From: a candidate division WOR-3 bacterium
Lineage (GTDB): Bacteria; Hydrothermota; Tepidihabitantia; Tepidihabitantales; DTDR01
NCBI GenBank assembly: GCA_039801885.1
Contig: JBDRVN010000051.1
Span: forward strand, 1-10,551
Length of the DNA stretch: 10,551 bases
Reading direction: 5' to 3'
Shown here: positions 1-8,313 of the stretch, one piece after another
Layout: the number at the start of each line of letters is the position of its first letter
Numbering within the stretch: the stretch's first letter is position 1
Program-made: the position numbers and the translations under genes
The notes under the pieces: model-generated
Told to the model about the DNA's origin: nothing
The model's database searches: none
The model's input: only the letters and a program-made list of their open reading frames with translations

Positions 1-34
1 ATTAATAATCCCAAAATAAACTTTCTTTACGAAG

Positions 35-1507
35 ATGATTATTAAAATACCTGTTGAAAATTTAAATTTAGATTTTATTAAAAAGTTTCTATTATCAAAA
101 AGTATTGTCAAAGTTAAAGAGAAGGCAAAGAAGAGAATTTTAAAGGCACACAATATTTTAAAAGAGATAATTGAAAAAGGAGATTTAATTTATGGAGTTA
201 ACACTGGTTTTGGTGCTTTAGTAAATAAGAAGGTCTCTAATGAAGATATAAAAAAATTACAATATAACTTAATTGTCTCTCACGCATTAGGCGAAGGTGA
301 ATATTTTGATAAAGATATTGTCCGTTTGGCAATCTTTTTAAGGGCAAATATGCTTAGTAAGGGATATTCCGGAGTAAGAATAGATTTGATTGATGCTTTA
401 TTAAATCTAATAAATAAAGATATTATCCCTTGTGTCCAAAAGAAAGGTTCAGTCGGTGCATCCGGTGATTTATCACCATTGGCACAAATCGCCTTAGTCC
501 TTTTGGGAAAAGGAAAGGTATTTTATAATAATGAAGTGTTAGCAACAGAAAAGGTATTTAAAAAAGAAAAAATAAAACCTTTTGTTCTGGATATTAAAGA
601 AGGGTTATCTTTGATTAATGGTACGGAGATGATGTCAGCATTTTTAAGTTATCTTTTGATTGAGATTGAAAATATCTTTAATTTAGCAAAAGAGATTTCT
701 GCGCTAACCACATTAGTAAATAAAAGCAATAAAAAAGAGTTTGATATAAGATTACACAGATTAAAACCCTATTCTCATCAGATAGATACTGCCCAAATTA
801 TTTATAATTATCTAAATCTTTGTGATTTTAAAGAAACTTCTTTGCAGGATCCCTATTCAATAAGATGCCAACCACAGATTTTTGGCTCAGTCGGTGAGAT
901 AATTGAATTTGCTAAGAGAATATTAGAAGTTGAAATCAATTCAATAACCGACAATCCGGTAATTATTGATAATGAAATTTTTAGTGGTGGAAATTTTATG
1001 GGAACAAGTTTGGCATTAGCATCAGATTTGTTAGGTATTTCCATAACTTTACTCTCTTTATTATCCGAAAGAAAGATTTTTTATTTAACTTCGGGGAAAA
1101 ATCCAGAACTTCCGATATTCTTAATAAAAGAACCAGGGATAAATTCGGGTTTAATGATGGCACAAATTATTTCAACTGCCTTAGCAAGTGAAAATAAAAT
1201 CCTTTCCTCACCAGCTTCAATAACTTCTTTGCCTACTTCTGCTAATCAAGAAGATATTGTGAGTATGGGAATGAATAGTTTACTAAAATTAGAAAAAATT
1301 ATTGAGAATACCAAAACAATTTTAGCAATAGAAATTTTATGTCTCAGTCAGGCTTTAAGGCTAATAGAACTTAATTTTAAGAAAAAAACAAAGATTATAA
1401 AAATTATTGAAGAAAATATCCCTTATTTAGAAAAAGATAGAGAATTACAAGATATTTTATTAAAAATTAAAGGACTATTTTTGGACGGCATATACCCGAA
1501 AGAATGA
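35..1507 (+). CDS. hutH: Histidine ammonia-lyase (MIO-dependent aromatic amino acid lyase family)
   Basis: 490 aa. MIO tripeptide Ala142-Ser143-Gly144 in GSVGASGDL (nt 458-466), YGVNTGFG (Tyr53), LIVSHA (His83, the HAL-type Ser-His specificity pair), LINGT, QDPYSIRCQPQ, TDNP, GGNF, SANQED (HAL-type Glu). Numbering of Y53/H83/A142 matches Pseudomonas putida HutH. Confidence 0.9.
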   Translation: MIIKIPVENLNLDFIKKFLLSKSIVKVKEKAKKRILKAHNILKEIIEKGDLIYGVNTGFGALVNKKVSNEDIKKLQYNLIVSHALGEGEYFDKDIVRLAIFLRANMLSKGYSGVRIDLIDALLNLINKDIIPCVQKKGSVGASGDLSPLAQIALVLLGKGKVFYNNEVLATEKVFKKEKIKPFVLDIKEGLSLINGTEMMSAFLSYLLIEIENIFNLAKEISALTTLVNKSNKKEFDIRLHRLKPYSHQIDTAQIIYNYLNLCDFKETSLQDPYSIRCQPQIFGSVGEIIEFAKRILEVEINSITDNPVIIDNEIFSGGNFMGTSLALASDLLGISITLLSLLSERKIFYLTSGKNPELPIFLIKEPGINSGLMMAQIISTALASENKILSSPASITSLPTSANQEDIVSMGMNSLLKLEKIIENTKTILAIEILCLSQALRLIELNFKKKTKIIKIIEENIPYLEKDRELQDILLKIKGLFLDGIYPKE

Positions 1508-2917
1508 AAGACTATCAATCAAAGCCATTTTTCTAAAATATTGCTCATCACTTAATCTTACTTCACCAGTGACAAAAAGATAGTCATAATCTTTATAATG
1601 ATCTGGAAAAAGGGAACGATAGGGAAACCATTCATCAATCCTTTCTAACGGGTAATTTTCTTTAAATATTAATGGCGAATAACGAATATAAGCAAAAGAA
1701 AAACCCACAAGTCCACCTTTTTCTAATTGGTAATAACAAGGAAAATGGAGAAAGATATCATAACCAAATAAATCCGGCTTTGGTCTTCTCTCATAAAAAA
1801 TTCCCACCACCTTTTTATTAGGTTCTAATTTATTTACAATTCTTTTAAACTCCCTACCATATTTTTCAAACAAGAAAAATCTAATATTTAAATCAAATAT
1901 ATTGATTATTAATATTGCCAAAATTAGATATTTTAAAATTTGTTTTTTAAATTTCAGACTTAAATAAACAACTAAGAGAAGAAAAAGTAAAGGAGCAAAT
2001 CTTTCGTTTAAAAATACTGCTTCGGTATAGCTTCCGGGAAAAAAGAAATAAAAAGCTAAGGTGATTAGAAAAATTATTGATAATATTTTATTCTCTTTCA
2101 AGAGATTGGACGTAGTAATTAAAAGAAATATTCCTGATAAAGTTATTGCTTTAAAGAAAAAGATTATTAGATTATCACTTTTTATTCCCAATCTTTCCCA
2201 GAAGTCTAAAAGATTTTGATAAATTGCCTTTAGTGAGATATTCTCTCTAAATTGGGCAATAAGTTCGCTTCCTTCTTTTTGGAATTGTTGTGCCTGCCAA
2301 GGTATAAAGAAAAATATTAGGGTAATTAAAGGTGGTAAGAGATATTTAAGCCGGAAGGATTTTCTATCTAAAAAAAGAATTATTAAATAACTAAGAAAAG
2401 AATAGATAAAAGTTAAAGAATGGCAAAGAAAAATGATTATAAAAAGAATAGTAAGTAAAATAACGATTAAATTCTCTTTCTTGTTTCCCTTTAATAAATT
2501 TATTGTTAAAGCGAAAAGAAAAATAATTAAAGGAAAGGCAAAAGCAATTCCCATAAATCCCCAAAAGAGATTATAATTATAAGCAATTAACAAACTTAAA
2601 AGGGAAAAAAATCTTTCGCCATTCACTACCTTTAAAAGATAATAAAAGGAAAAGAATGTTAGAATAATAATTAAGGCAATATAAATTCGGTTAGTAATAT
2701 CTAAAGGTAAAAAATTTGATAGAAAAGTGTTAAAGAAAAGGTGGAAGGTATTATGCATTGGAAATAATCTTTTTTCAAAATAGGATTCATAATTAGAAAA
2801 ATTTTTTAACACATAGGCAAAATGGAGATGTTGAGGTAGGTCGACAAAAGGGAGATAGGTTAAGAAAAAGATTGGCAAGAGATATAAAAGAATTATCAAA
2901 AAATAATACTTTTTCAT
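1475..2917 (-). CDS. Polytopic membrane protein, putative GT-C-fold glycosyltransferase
   Basis: 480 aa with about 10-11 hydrophobic segments and a soluble C-terminal ~130 aa. A DLPQH motif sits just after the first TM helix, where GT-C enzymes carry the catalytic acid. Later motifs YNYNLFWGF, CHSL and ERF. The ORF is certain; the function is inferred from architecture. Confidence 0.55.
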   Translation of the reverse strand: MKKYYFLIILLYLLPIFFLTYLPFVDLPQHLHFAYVLKNFSNYESYFEKRLFPMHNTFHLFFNTFLSNFLPLDITNRIYIALIIILTFFSFYYLLKVVNGERFFSLLSLLIAYNYNLFWGFMGIAFAFPLIIFLFALTINLLKGNKKENLIVILLTILFIIIFLCHSLTFIYSFLSYLIILFLDRKSFRLKYLLPPLITLIFFFIPWQAQQFQKEGSELIAQFRENISLKAIYQNLLDFWERLGIKSDNLIIFFFKAITLSGIFLLITTSNLLKENKILSIIFLITLAFYFFFPGSYTEAVFLNERFAPLLFLLLVVYLSLKFKKQILKYLILAILIINIFDLNIRFFLFEKYGREFKRIVNKLEPNKKVVGIFYERRPKPDLFGYDIFLHFPCYYQLEKGGLVGFSFAYIRYSPLIFKENYPLERIDEWFPYRSLFPDHYKDYDYLFVTGEVRLSDEQYFRKMALIDSLSFFRVYAVQK

Positions 2918-5007
2918 TTCTTAAAAATTATCAAAAAGATAAATATTATAAAACTTATCAAAGAAAAAATCAAAGTATATTTTCTTAACGGTGGTGGTTG
3001 AAATATAACTTTCAAGATATGTCTTCCTTTTTCTGATTTTAGATAGATAAAATGGTCTTTTGTTTCGTAAAAAGGAATTTGGTTATTATCAAGATAAACT
3101 TTTAAGTAGGGATAATAACTAATTGGTAATCTTAAATAACTTTGGTTGGTTAATTCATATTCAATTTGGATTTCATTATGTTTAAGAGAATAATCATAAA
3201 TTTTTAAATCAGATTTGAATGGTAGGCTGTCGTAATTATCCTTTTCTAATCCCGGAATAAAATTTATTTCTCCTTTTTCGTAATCAATTTCTATTTCTTT
3301 CAAAAAATCTTGCCAATCAGAAGCAATAAATAAAGTCCTCTCTTTTACAAGTTTCTCCTTTTTCATTGGTTTTTTAACATTACTTATTAAAATTATTGGC
3401 AATTTTGTTTCTCCATAAACTAAAGGTGGTTGGGCACCGCTTATTAAAAATCGGTCATCCCATTCGATACCGGTTTTAAGCAAGACATAAGTCTCTTCTT
3501 CACCAGCACCTAATAGGGTGGGAAGAGTTATTATGTGGGTAATGCCTAAAAGGGAAGATATTTTTAGGAAATCTTCACTTAAATAACGAGAGATAGTATC
3601 AGTCAATTCTTTTGATAAATAATTTACAAAGGGATAGGTGTAAAGCATATTTTTCGGAGCAAATTGGTGATAAGGAGGTCCCAAAGGTGAAGGTAGATTC
3701 CCATAAAGAAAATTACAGGCAGGATAACGGCAAAGCCTTCGGAAATTATCAACTTTATCATCGGGAATATCAATATCCAAAACTTTAAATACTTTTTTAT
3801 AAGAAAGCGACTCATATATTTCCTCTCTTACTGCCAGAAAATTTTCTTTTTCAGCATAGCGTAATTTGATTGTTGAAGGCAGACAATCAATTAATACTAA
3901 TATTGATAAAAAATAGAACAAAATCTTTTCTGATAATTTTAACTTTCTTTGTAAGTATTCAAAGCCATTGGGAATTAAAAGAGCAGAAAAGAAAATAAGA
4001 TAAACCAAAAACCGTTGGGGTGGCAAACCGGCGGATAAAGATTCGGTATATTTTTCCAAAAAAGGCAATAAAAAAGTTAATAATAAAGAAATTAACCATA
4101 AAATACTTTTCCAATGAGCAATTCCCAAGTTAATTATTCCGAGGATTGAAATAAGAAAGATACTTATTCCGAAATAAGTTCCGGTATACCCGCCAATTTC
4201 TTGTTTTAAACCTAAAAGAACTAATGGATTGGGTGGCGGTAGATTTAGTTGTGGTTGAGGATATAAATAATATCGATATTCTAAAAGAAAAGGCAAAATA
4301 AAAAATAAAGAAATAGAAAAGAAAATCAAAAAAGCAAAGATGATTTTAAAAGAGAGTTTATATCTTTTTAAAAAGAAATAGAGGAGAATAAAAATTAAAG
4401 AATAAACAGCATAAAAAATATGGGAAAGGAAGATTAAAGAGATGAAGAAACCAAAAAGAAAGAAACTTTTAGTATTATTTTCTAAAAAACTTTTATCTAA
4501 ATAAAGAAAAATTAAAGGTAAAAGGAGATAGATTAAAGAGAGGGGATAATTACCAAAAGAGGCAATATACAAGACTCGCCAAGGTACTGCCAGATAAACA
4601 AGAGAACCCAAAAGGGCTAAAAAAAGATTTTTTGTTTCCTTTTTAAGATAATAAAAGATTGCTAAACCAGAAAGGATATGAAGAATAAACACTATGAATT
4701 TTAAACTAAAAATTAATTTGCCAAAGGTTAGTAAAGTAAATAGGCCAGTGATAAAAAAGAAAAGAGGACTATAAAATTGGAGATGGGGATAACCCGAATA
4801 AAAATAGAAGGTAAAGAAAGGCGAAAACTTTTCTTTTATTGATTGATAAATAATTTTTTGTCTCACTAAATGAGGCCAGGTATCGCCGGTGGTTGGATGG
4901 CCGGGCGCTAAAAAAAGATAGCCGGTTAAAAAAATTACTATTAAGAAAAAAAAATACTCTTCTTTTAACTTTTTAGTTTTCTTTGGAGATACTTTTTCTT
5001 TCTTCAT
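2914..5007 (-). CDS. Polytopic membrane protein, PTPS_related/YfhO-like GT-C-fold glycosyltransferase
   Basis: 697 aa. Lys-rich N-terminus, TM1, then GDTWPH and YSGYPHLQFYSPL (GYP..FY.PL motif typical of 'PTPS-related' membrane proteins), about 11 further TMs, a large soluble domain ending in a YfhO-like segment (LRLPISYYPYLKVYLD...GRHILKVIF), and a final TM anchor. Confidence 0.65.
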   Translation of the reverse strand: MKKEKVSPKKTKKLKEEYFFFLIVIFLTGYLFLAPGHPTTGDTWPHLVRQKIIYQSIKEKFSPFFTFYFYSGYPHLQFYSPLFFFITGLFTLLTFGKLIFSLKFIVFILHILSGLAIFYYLKKETKNLFLALLGSLVYLAVPWRVLYIASFGNYPLSLIYLLLPLIFLYLDKSFLENNTKSFFLFGFFISLIFLSHIFYAVYSLIFILLYFFLKRYKLSFKIIFAFLIFFSISLFFILPFLLEYRYYLYPQPQLNLPPPNPLVLLGLKQEIGGYTGTYFGISIFLISILGIINLGIAHWKSILWLISLLLTFLLPFLEKYTESLSAGLPPQRFLVYLIFFSALLIPNGFEYLQRKLKLSEKILFYFLSILVLIDCLPSTIKLRYAEKENFLAVREEIYESLSYKKVFKVLDIDIPDDKVDNFRRLCRYPACNFLYGNLPSPLGPPYHQFAPKNMLYTYPFVNYLSKELTDTISRYLSEDFLKISSLLGITHIITLPTLLGAGEEETYVLLKTGIEWDDRFLISGAQPPLVYGETKLPIILISNVKKPMKKEKLVKERTLFIASDWQDFLKEIEIDYEKGEINFIPGLEKDNYDSLPFKSDLKIYDYSLKHNEIQIEYELTNQSYLRLPISYYPYLKVYLDNNQIPFYETKDHFIYLKSEKGRHILKVIFQPPPLRKYTLIFSLISFIIFIFLIIFKK

Positions 5008-5009
5008 AA

Positions 5010-5789
5010 TTAAAAAATTATCAAAGGTTTATTAGTTAAGGGATGGGTTTTAACAATTGGTTTCACTTTATAAACTTTCGCAATTAAGTCTTCCTTCAAA
5101 ATCTTTTCCGGCACATCACAGGCAACATATTTTCCTTTATCAATCAATAGTATTCGATCCGATGAAATACTTGCCAGATTTAAATCATGGGTTAAAAAAA
5201 CAATTGTTAAATCCTTTGCCTCTTTTAACCTCTTTAAAAGATTGATAAACTCCAGTTGATAGGAAATATCCAAATGGGTTGTAAACTCATCCAAAAGCAA
5301 AATTTTTGGTTCTTGGGCAAGGATTCTTGCTAATATCACCCTTTTTCTTTCACCGGAAGATAATTCACTAATCTTTTTGTCTTTAAGACTTATCGTTTCT
5401 GTAAGTTCCATTGACTTTTCTACAATCTCCATATCCTTTTTACTAACTTGCGAAAACCAGTTAATATAAGGATTTCTGCCCATCAAAACAACTTCCCTTA
5501 CCGTATAATCAAAGATAAAAAAACTTTCTTGCGGAAAATAACCAATAAACTTTGCTCTTTCCTTGGGAGTTAAAGAAAAAAGGTTATTGTTAAAAAGAAT
5601 TATTGTTCCTTTCTGGGGTCTTAAAAGACCCGCCATCAACTTTAACAAACTGGTTTTGCCACTACCGTTTGGTCCAATTATGCTAAACCACTCCTTTTCT
5701 TTTATCTTGATCGACAGTCCTTCAAAAAGAGGTTCTTCTTTTTTATATTGAAAATAGAGATTTTTTATTTCGTAGGCAAGTATCGGCAT
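5010..5789 (-). CDS. ABC transporter ATP-binding protein, BtuD/FecE/FhuC type (cobalamin or iron-chelate)
   Basis: 259 aa. Walker A GPNGSGKT, Q-loop YFPQE, family motif TVREVVLMGR.P, signature LSSGERKR, LARILAQEP, Walker B LLLDE, H-loop THDLNLA. Confidence 0.92.
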   Translation of the reverse strand: MPILAYEIKNLYFQYKKEEPLFEGLSIKIKEKEWFSIIGPNGSGKTSLLKLMAGLLRPQKGTIILFNNNLFSLTPKERAKFIGYFPQESFFIFDYTVREVVLMGRNPYINWFSQVSKKDMEIVEKSMELTETISLKDKKISELSSGERKRVILARILAQEPKILLLDEFTTHLDISYQLEFINLLKRLKEAKDLTIVFLTHDLNLASISSDRILLIDKGKYVACDVPEKILKEDLIAKVYKVKPIVKTHPLTNKPLIIF

Positions 5790-5797
5790 TATAAATA

Positions 5798-6742
5798 TTA
5801 TAAATTCTTCCTCAATAAATAAAGAAAAAAAGGTGCCCCAAAAAAAGTCGTCACCATACTTATTGGCAACTCTACCGAAGCGATTGTTCGGGCAATAAGG
5901 TCAGCGGCTATTATGGTGAGGGCACCTAAAATAAACGAAAAGGGTAGGAGGTTTTTGTAGTTGGCACCAAAAAGAAAGCGAGTTAAATGGGGAATAATTA
6001 AGCCAACAAAACTGATGGCACCAGCAAAAGCAACTTGGGTAGCTACAAGAAATGATGTCAAGAAGAAAAGAATTCTTGTTGATTTTTGATAGTTTATCCC
6101 CAAACTCTCGGCAACTTCGGTCCCTAAACTAAAACAGTTCAATTCAAAGGCTTTTCCATAAATAATAATAAGAAAAATTATTGAAATAAAGTTCATAATG
6201 GCAAAGATAGTCAAACTAAATTTGTTGAAAATAATTGATAAATTTCCCATTATTAGATATATGATTTCATTTAAGGGTCTTTGGGAAAAGAGCATAAAGA
6301 GCATCGTGATTGAGGAGAACAGAAAACTAATAATTACTCCTGCTAAAATAAGGGCAATTTTATTTGTCTTTCCTTTATAGAATGCCAAATTGTAAACAAA
6401 GAAGATAGCAACAAGGGAGCCCAAGAAAGCAAAAATTGGTGAGAAAAAATAAGTCAATTTTTTAGTAAGATAACCCAAACCAACACCAAAGGCAGCGCCA
6501 CTGGCAATTCCTAAAATATAGGGGTCGCATAAAGGATTTTCTAACAATCCTTGTAATACTGCTCCGGCAAAAGCTAAATTGCCACCGACCAAAAAAGCTA
6601 AAATTAGTCTTGGTAATCTTATTTTTAAAATAATTGTTTTATCAGAGGAAAAGCCATCAACACCAAAAAATAAAGAAAAAAATATTAATAAGCAAAGAAG
6701 TAAGAATAAGAAAAATATCTTAATTTCCTTTTTTTTCATCAT
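5798..6742 (-). CDS. ABC transporter permease, FecCD/BtuC family
   Basis: 314 aa, about 9 TMs. Family motifs IRLPR, GAVLQGLLENPLCDPYILGIASGA, AESLGI, GAISFVGLIIPH, ADLIAR, ELP...T...GAPFFLYLL. Confidence 0.92.
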   Translation of the reverse strand: MMKKKEIKIFFLFLLLCLLIFFSLFFGVDGFSSDKTIILKIRLPRLILAFLVGGNLAFAGAVLQGLLENPLCDPYILGIASGAAFGVGLGYLTKKLTYFFSPIFAFLGSLVAIFFVYNLAFYKGKTNKIALILAGVIISFLFSSITMLFMLFSQRPLNEIIYLIMGNLSIIFNKFSLTIFAIMNFISIIFLIIIYGKAFELNCFSLGTEVAESLGINYQKSTRILFFLTSFLVATQVAFAGAISFVGLIIPHLTRFLFGANYKNLLPFSFILGALTIIAADLIARTIASVELPISMVTTFFGAPFFLYLLRKNL

Positions 6743-7538
6743 TTAAAAGCCTGCTTAAAATTTTTATCCCTTCAATTACTCTTGGCGAATTTCTTAAAAA
6801 ATAATTAGGGTCTAAATTATCAATAATCTTTCCGGATTTTACTGCTTTTATCTTTTCGTAGCCTAACCGAGAAGAAATATCTTTTGCTTTACCTTCCGGA
6901 TGTAAAATAATAATATAATCCGGATTTTTTAAGATAATTTCTTCTTGTTTTACAGCTGGGTAGTCGGCTAATTTGTCAGCAAAGATATTTTCTAAGCCGA
7001 TAAATTCTAATAAATCATTTAGAAAGGAATTTTTGCCGATGGTGATTGGTGGGTTGGCGTTGATTTCAATATAAACTTTTAATCTCTTATTAAATCTTTT
7101 AACTTTATTTAATTCTTCTCTTAAAGAATCCACCAATTTCTCTGCTCTTTCTTTTTTGTTAAATATTTCACCAATTTTGATAATCTCTTCAAACATTTCC
7201 TTTAAAGATTGGGGAGAAGAGTTAAAGGTTTTGATATTTAATGCTTTTAATTTCTCATCAATATTTTTCTGTAAGGGATAAGTTAAAAAGACAATGGATG
7301 GTTTTAATTTTACAATCTTTTCTATGGAAGGGTTTATCATATCGCCGACTTTGTATATTTCTTTTGCCTTTTCCGGATAATCGCAATAAATAGTGTTGCC
7401 GACAAGGTAATCTTCACATTTTAAGGTAAAGATAATTTCGGTTACGGCTGGTGATAAAGAGACTGCGCGGATTTTTCTATCCTTTGGCGGTTGACTACAT
7501 AAAAGAAGAAATAAGATAAAGAATAAAGCTTTTCTCAT
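6720..7538 (-). CDS. Helical-backbone substrate-binding protein, BtuF-like (cobalamin or iron-chelate); probable lipoprotein
   Basis: 272 aa. Short signal peptide MRKALFFILFLLLC, then RAVSLSPAVTEIIF.L, VG.T.YCDYP, PSIEKIV.LKP, NPDYII, C-terminal R.SPR..EG. These fit cobalamin-binding proteins best, but substrate cannot be proven from sequence. Confidence 0.85.
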   Translation of the reverse strand: MRKALFFILFLLLCSQPPKDRKIRAVSLSPAVTEIIFTLKCEDYLVGNTIYCDYPEKAKEIYKVGDMINPSIEKIVKLKPSIVFLTYPLQKNIDEKLKALNIKTFNSSPQSLKEMFEEIIKIGEIFNKKERAEKLVDSLREELNKVKRFNKRLKVYIEINANPPITIGKNSFLNDLLEFIGLENIFADKLADYPAVKQEEIILKNPDYIIILHPEGKAKDISSRLGYEKIKAVKSGKIIDNLDPNYFLRNSPRVIEGIKILSRLLNDEKKGN

Positions 7539-8311
7539 CTTTTATTTATTTTGTTAGCAAAGAGAAGATAAGCAGTATGGGTTATCGAGAACTCTTTTGG
7601 TCTTGTTCCGGAATATCTTACTAAGATTTCTCTTTCTAATATCTCATAGACTTTTATTCGGGTAAAGCCGAACAACTCTAGGGTTCGAAAGGTTTTTTGT
7701 ATCTGTTCCACATTTGGATTTAAAGAGAATAAAGAATAGCCACCTTTTAAAATCCGGTGGGCTTCTTTTATAACTTCCCAAGGCTCTGGTAAATCAATAT
7801 AAACGCTATCAATACTATTATCTTCTTCTAAAAACCCATCTTTTGTCACATCCCGAAGACGAAAAATAACATTATTTTCTACGCCTGCTTTTTTTATATT
7901 CTCTTTAGCATTTTCTAAAAAATCTTCGCGTATTTCATAAGAATAGACAATACCATTTGGGCGAACAAAGTTGGCTAAAACAATGGTAAAAGCTCCGCTA
8001 CCGGTTCCCACTTCCACCACCTTTGCTCCGGGGAAAATATGGGTTTTTAATAATATAAGTCCGGCATCCTTGGGATAGATAATGGTGGTTGTTCTTTTTA
8101 CTTTCATCTCAATATCGACAATTGTTGGTTTTAAAATATAAAATTTCTCTCCCTTGTGGGTAAGAACCTCATCGCCATAATCTTTTTGAGAAATTTCATC
8201 TAATTTAATAATTCCTTTATGTGTCTGTAATTCACCACTTTCGGGTAAAGTGATTAAATATTTAGCATTTTCACTATGATATAAAAGAATCAAATCATTA
8301 GGCTTTAACAT
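7535..8311 (-). CDS. trmI: tRNA (adenine-58-N1)-methyltransferase (TrmI/Gcd14 family)
   Basis: 258 aa. N-terminal TH.G beta domain, R.TTIIYPKDAG, SAM-binding VEVGTGSGA, SYEIREDF...A, DLPEPW, C-terminal RP.....HTAYL. Confidence 0.93.
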   Translation of the reverse strand: MLKPNDLILLYHSENAKYLITLPESGELQTHKGIIKLDEISQKDYGDEVLTHKGEKFYILKPTIVDIEMKVKRTTTIIYPKDAGLILLKTHIFPGAKVVEVGTGSGAFTIVLANFVRPNGIVYSYEIREDFLENAKENIKKAGVENNVIFRLRDVTKDGFLEEDNSIDSVYIDLPEPWEVIKEAHRILKGGYSLFSLNPNVEQIQKTFRTLELFGFTRIKVYEILEREILVRYSGTRPKEFSITHTAYLLFANKINKR

Positions 8312-8313
8312 AA

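Noticed and set aside
1..45. Open + frame (INNPKINFLYEDDY*) overlapping the hutH start by 11 nt, possibly the tail of an upstream gene
   Set aside because: Fits the local coupling pattern, but 14 codons cannot be identified or told apart from chance.
853..1044. 63-aa ORF antisense to hutH
   Set aside because: Shadow of a well-supported gene; no recognisable motif.
3624..3815. 63-aa alternate-frame ORF inside the 697-aa gene
   Set aside because: Fully nested, short, no motif or initiation signal.
4870..4926. Locally GC-rich patch with several CCGG/GGCC that could form a hairpin
   Set aside because: Explained by codons for TG...APGHPTTGDTWPH; no long stem or U-tract.
5790..5802. TATAAT 7 nt upstream of the ATPase ATG (possible internal leaderless promoter)
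   Set aside because: No -35 or extended -10 at proper spacing; it overlaps the permease stop codon in very AT-rich sequence.
5057..6380. Short + strand ORFs (5057-5245, 5563-5751, 6198-6380)
   Set aside because: Antisense shadows of the ABC ATPase and permease genes.
6729..6736. A8 tract in the binding-protein/permease overlap; loss of one A would fuse the two ORFs
   Set aside because: The permease has its own ATG-ATG and a Lys-rich cytoplasmic N-terminus, which conflicts topologically with fusion to an external binding domain; no stimulatory structure seen.
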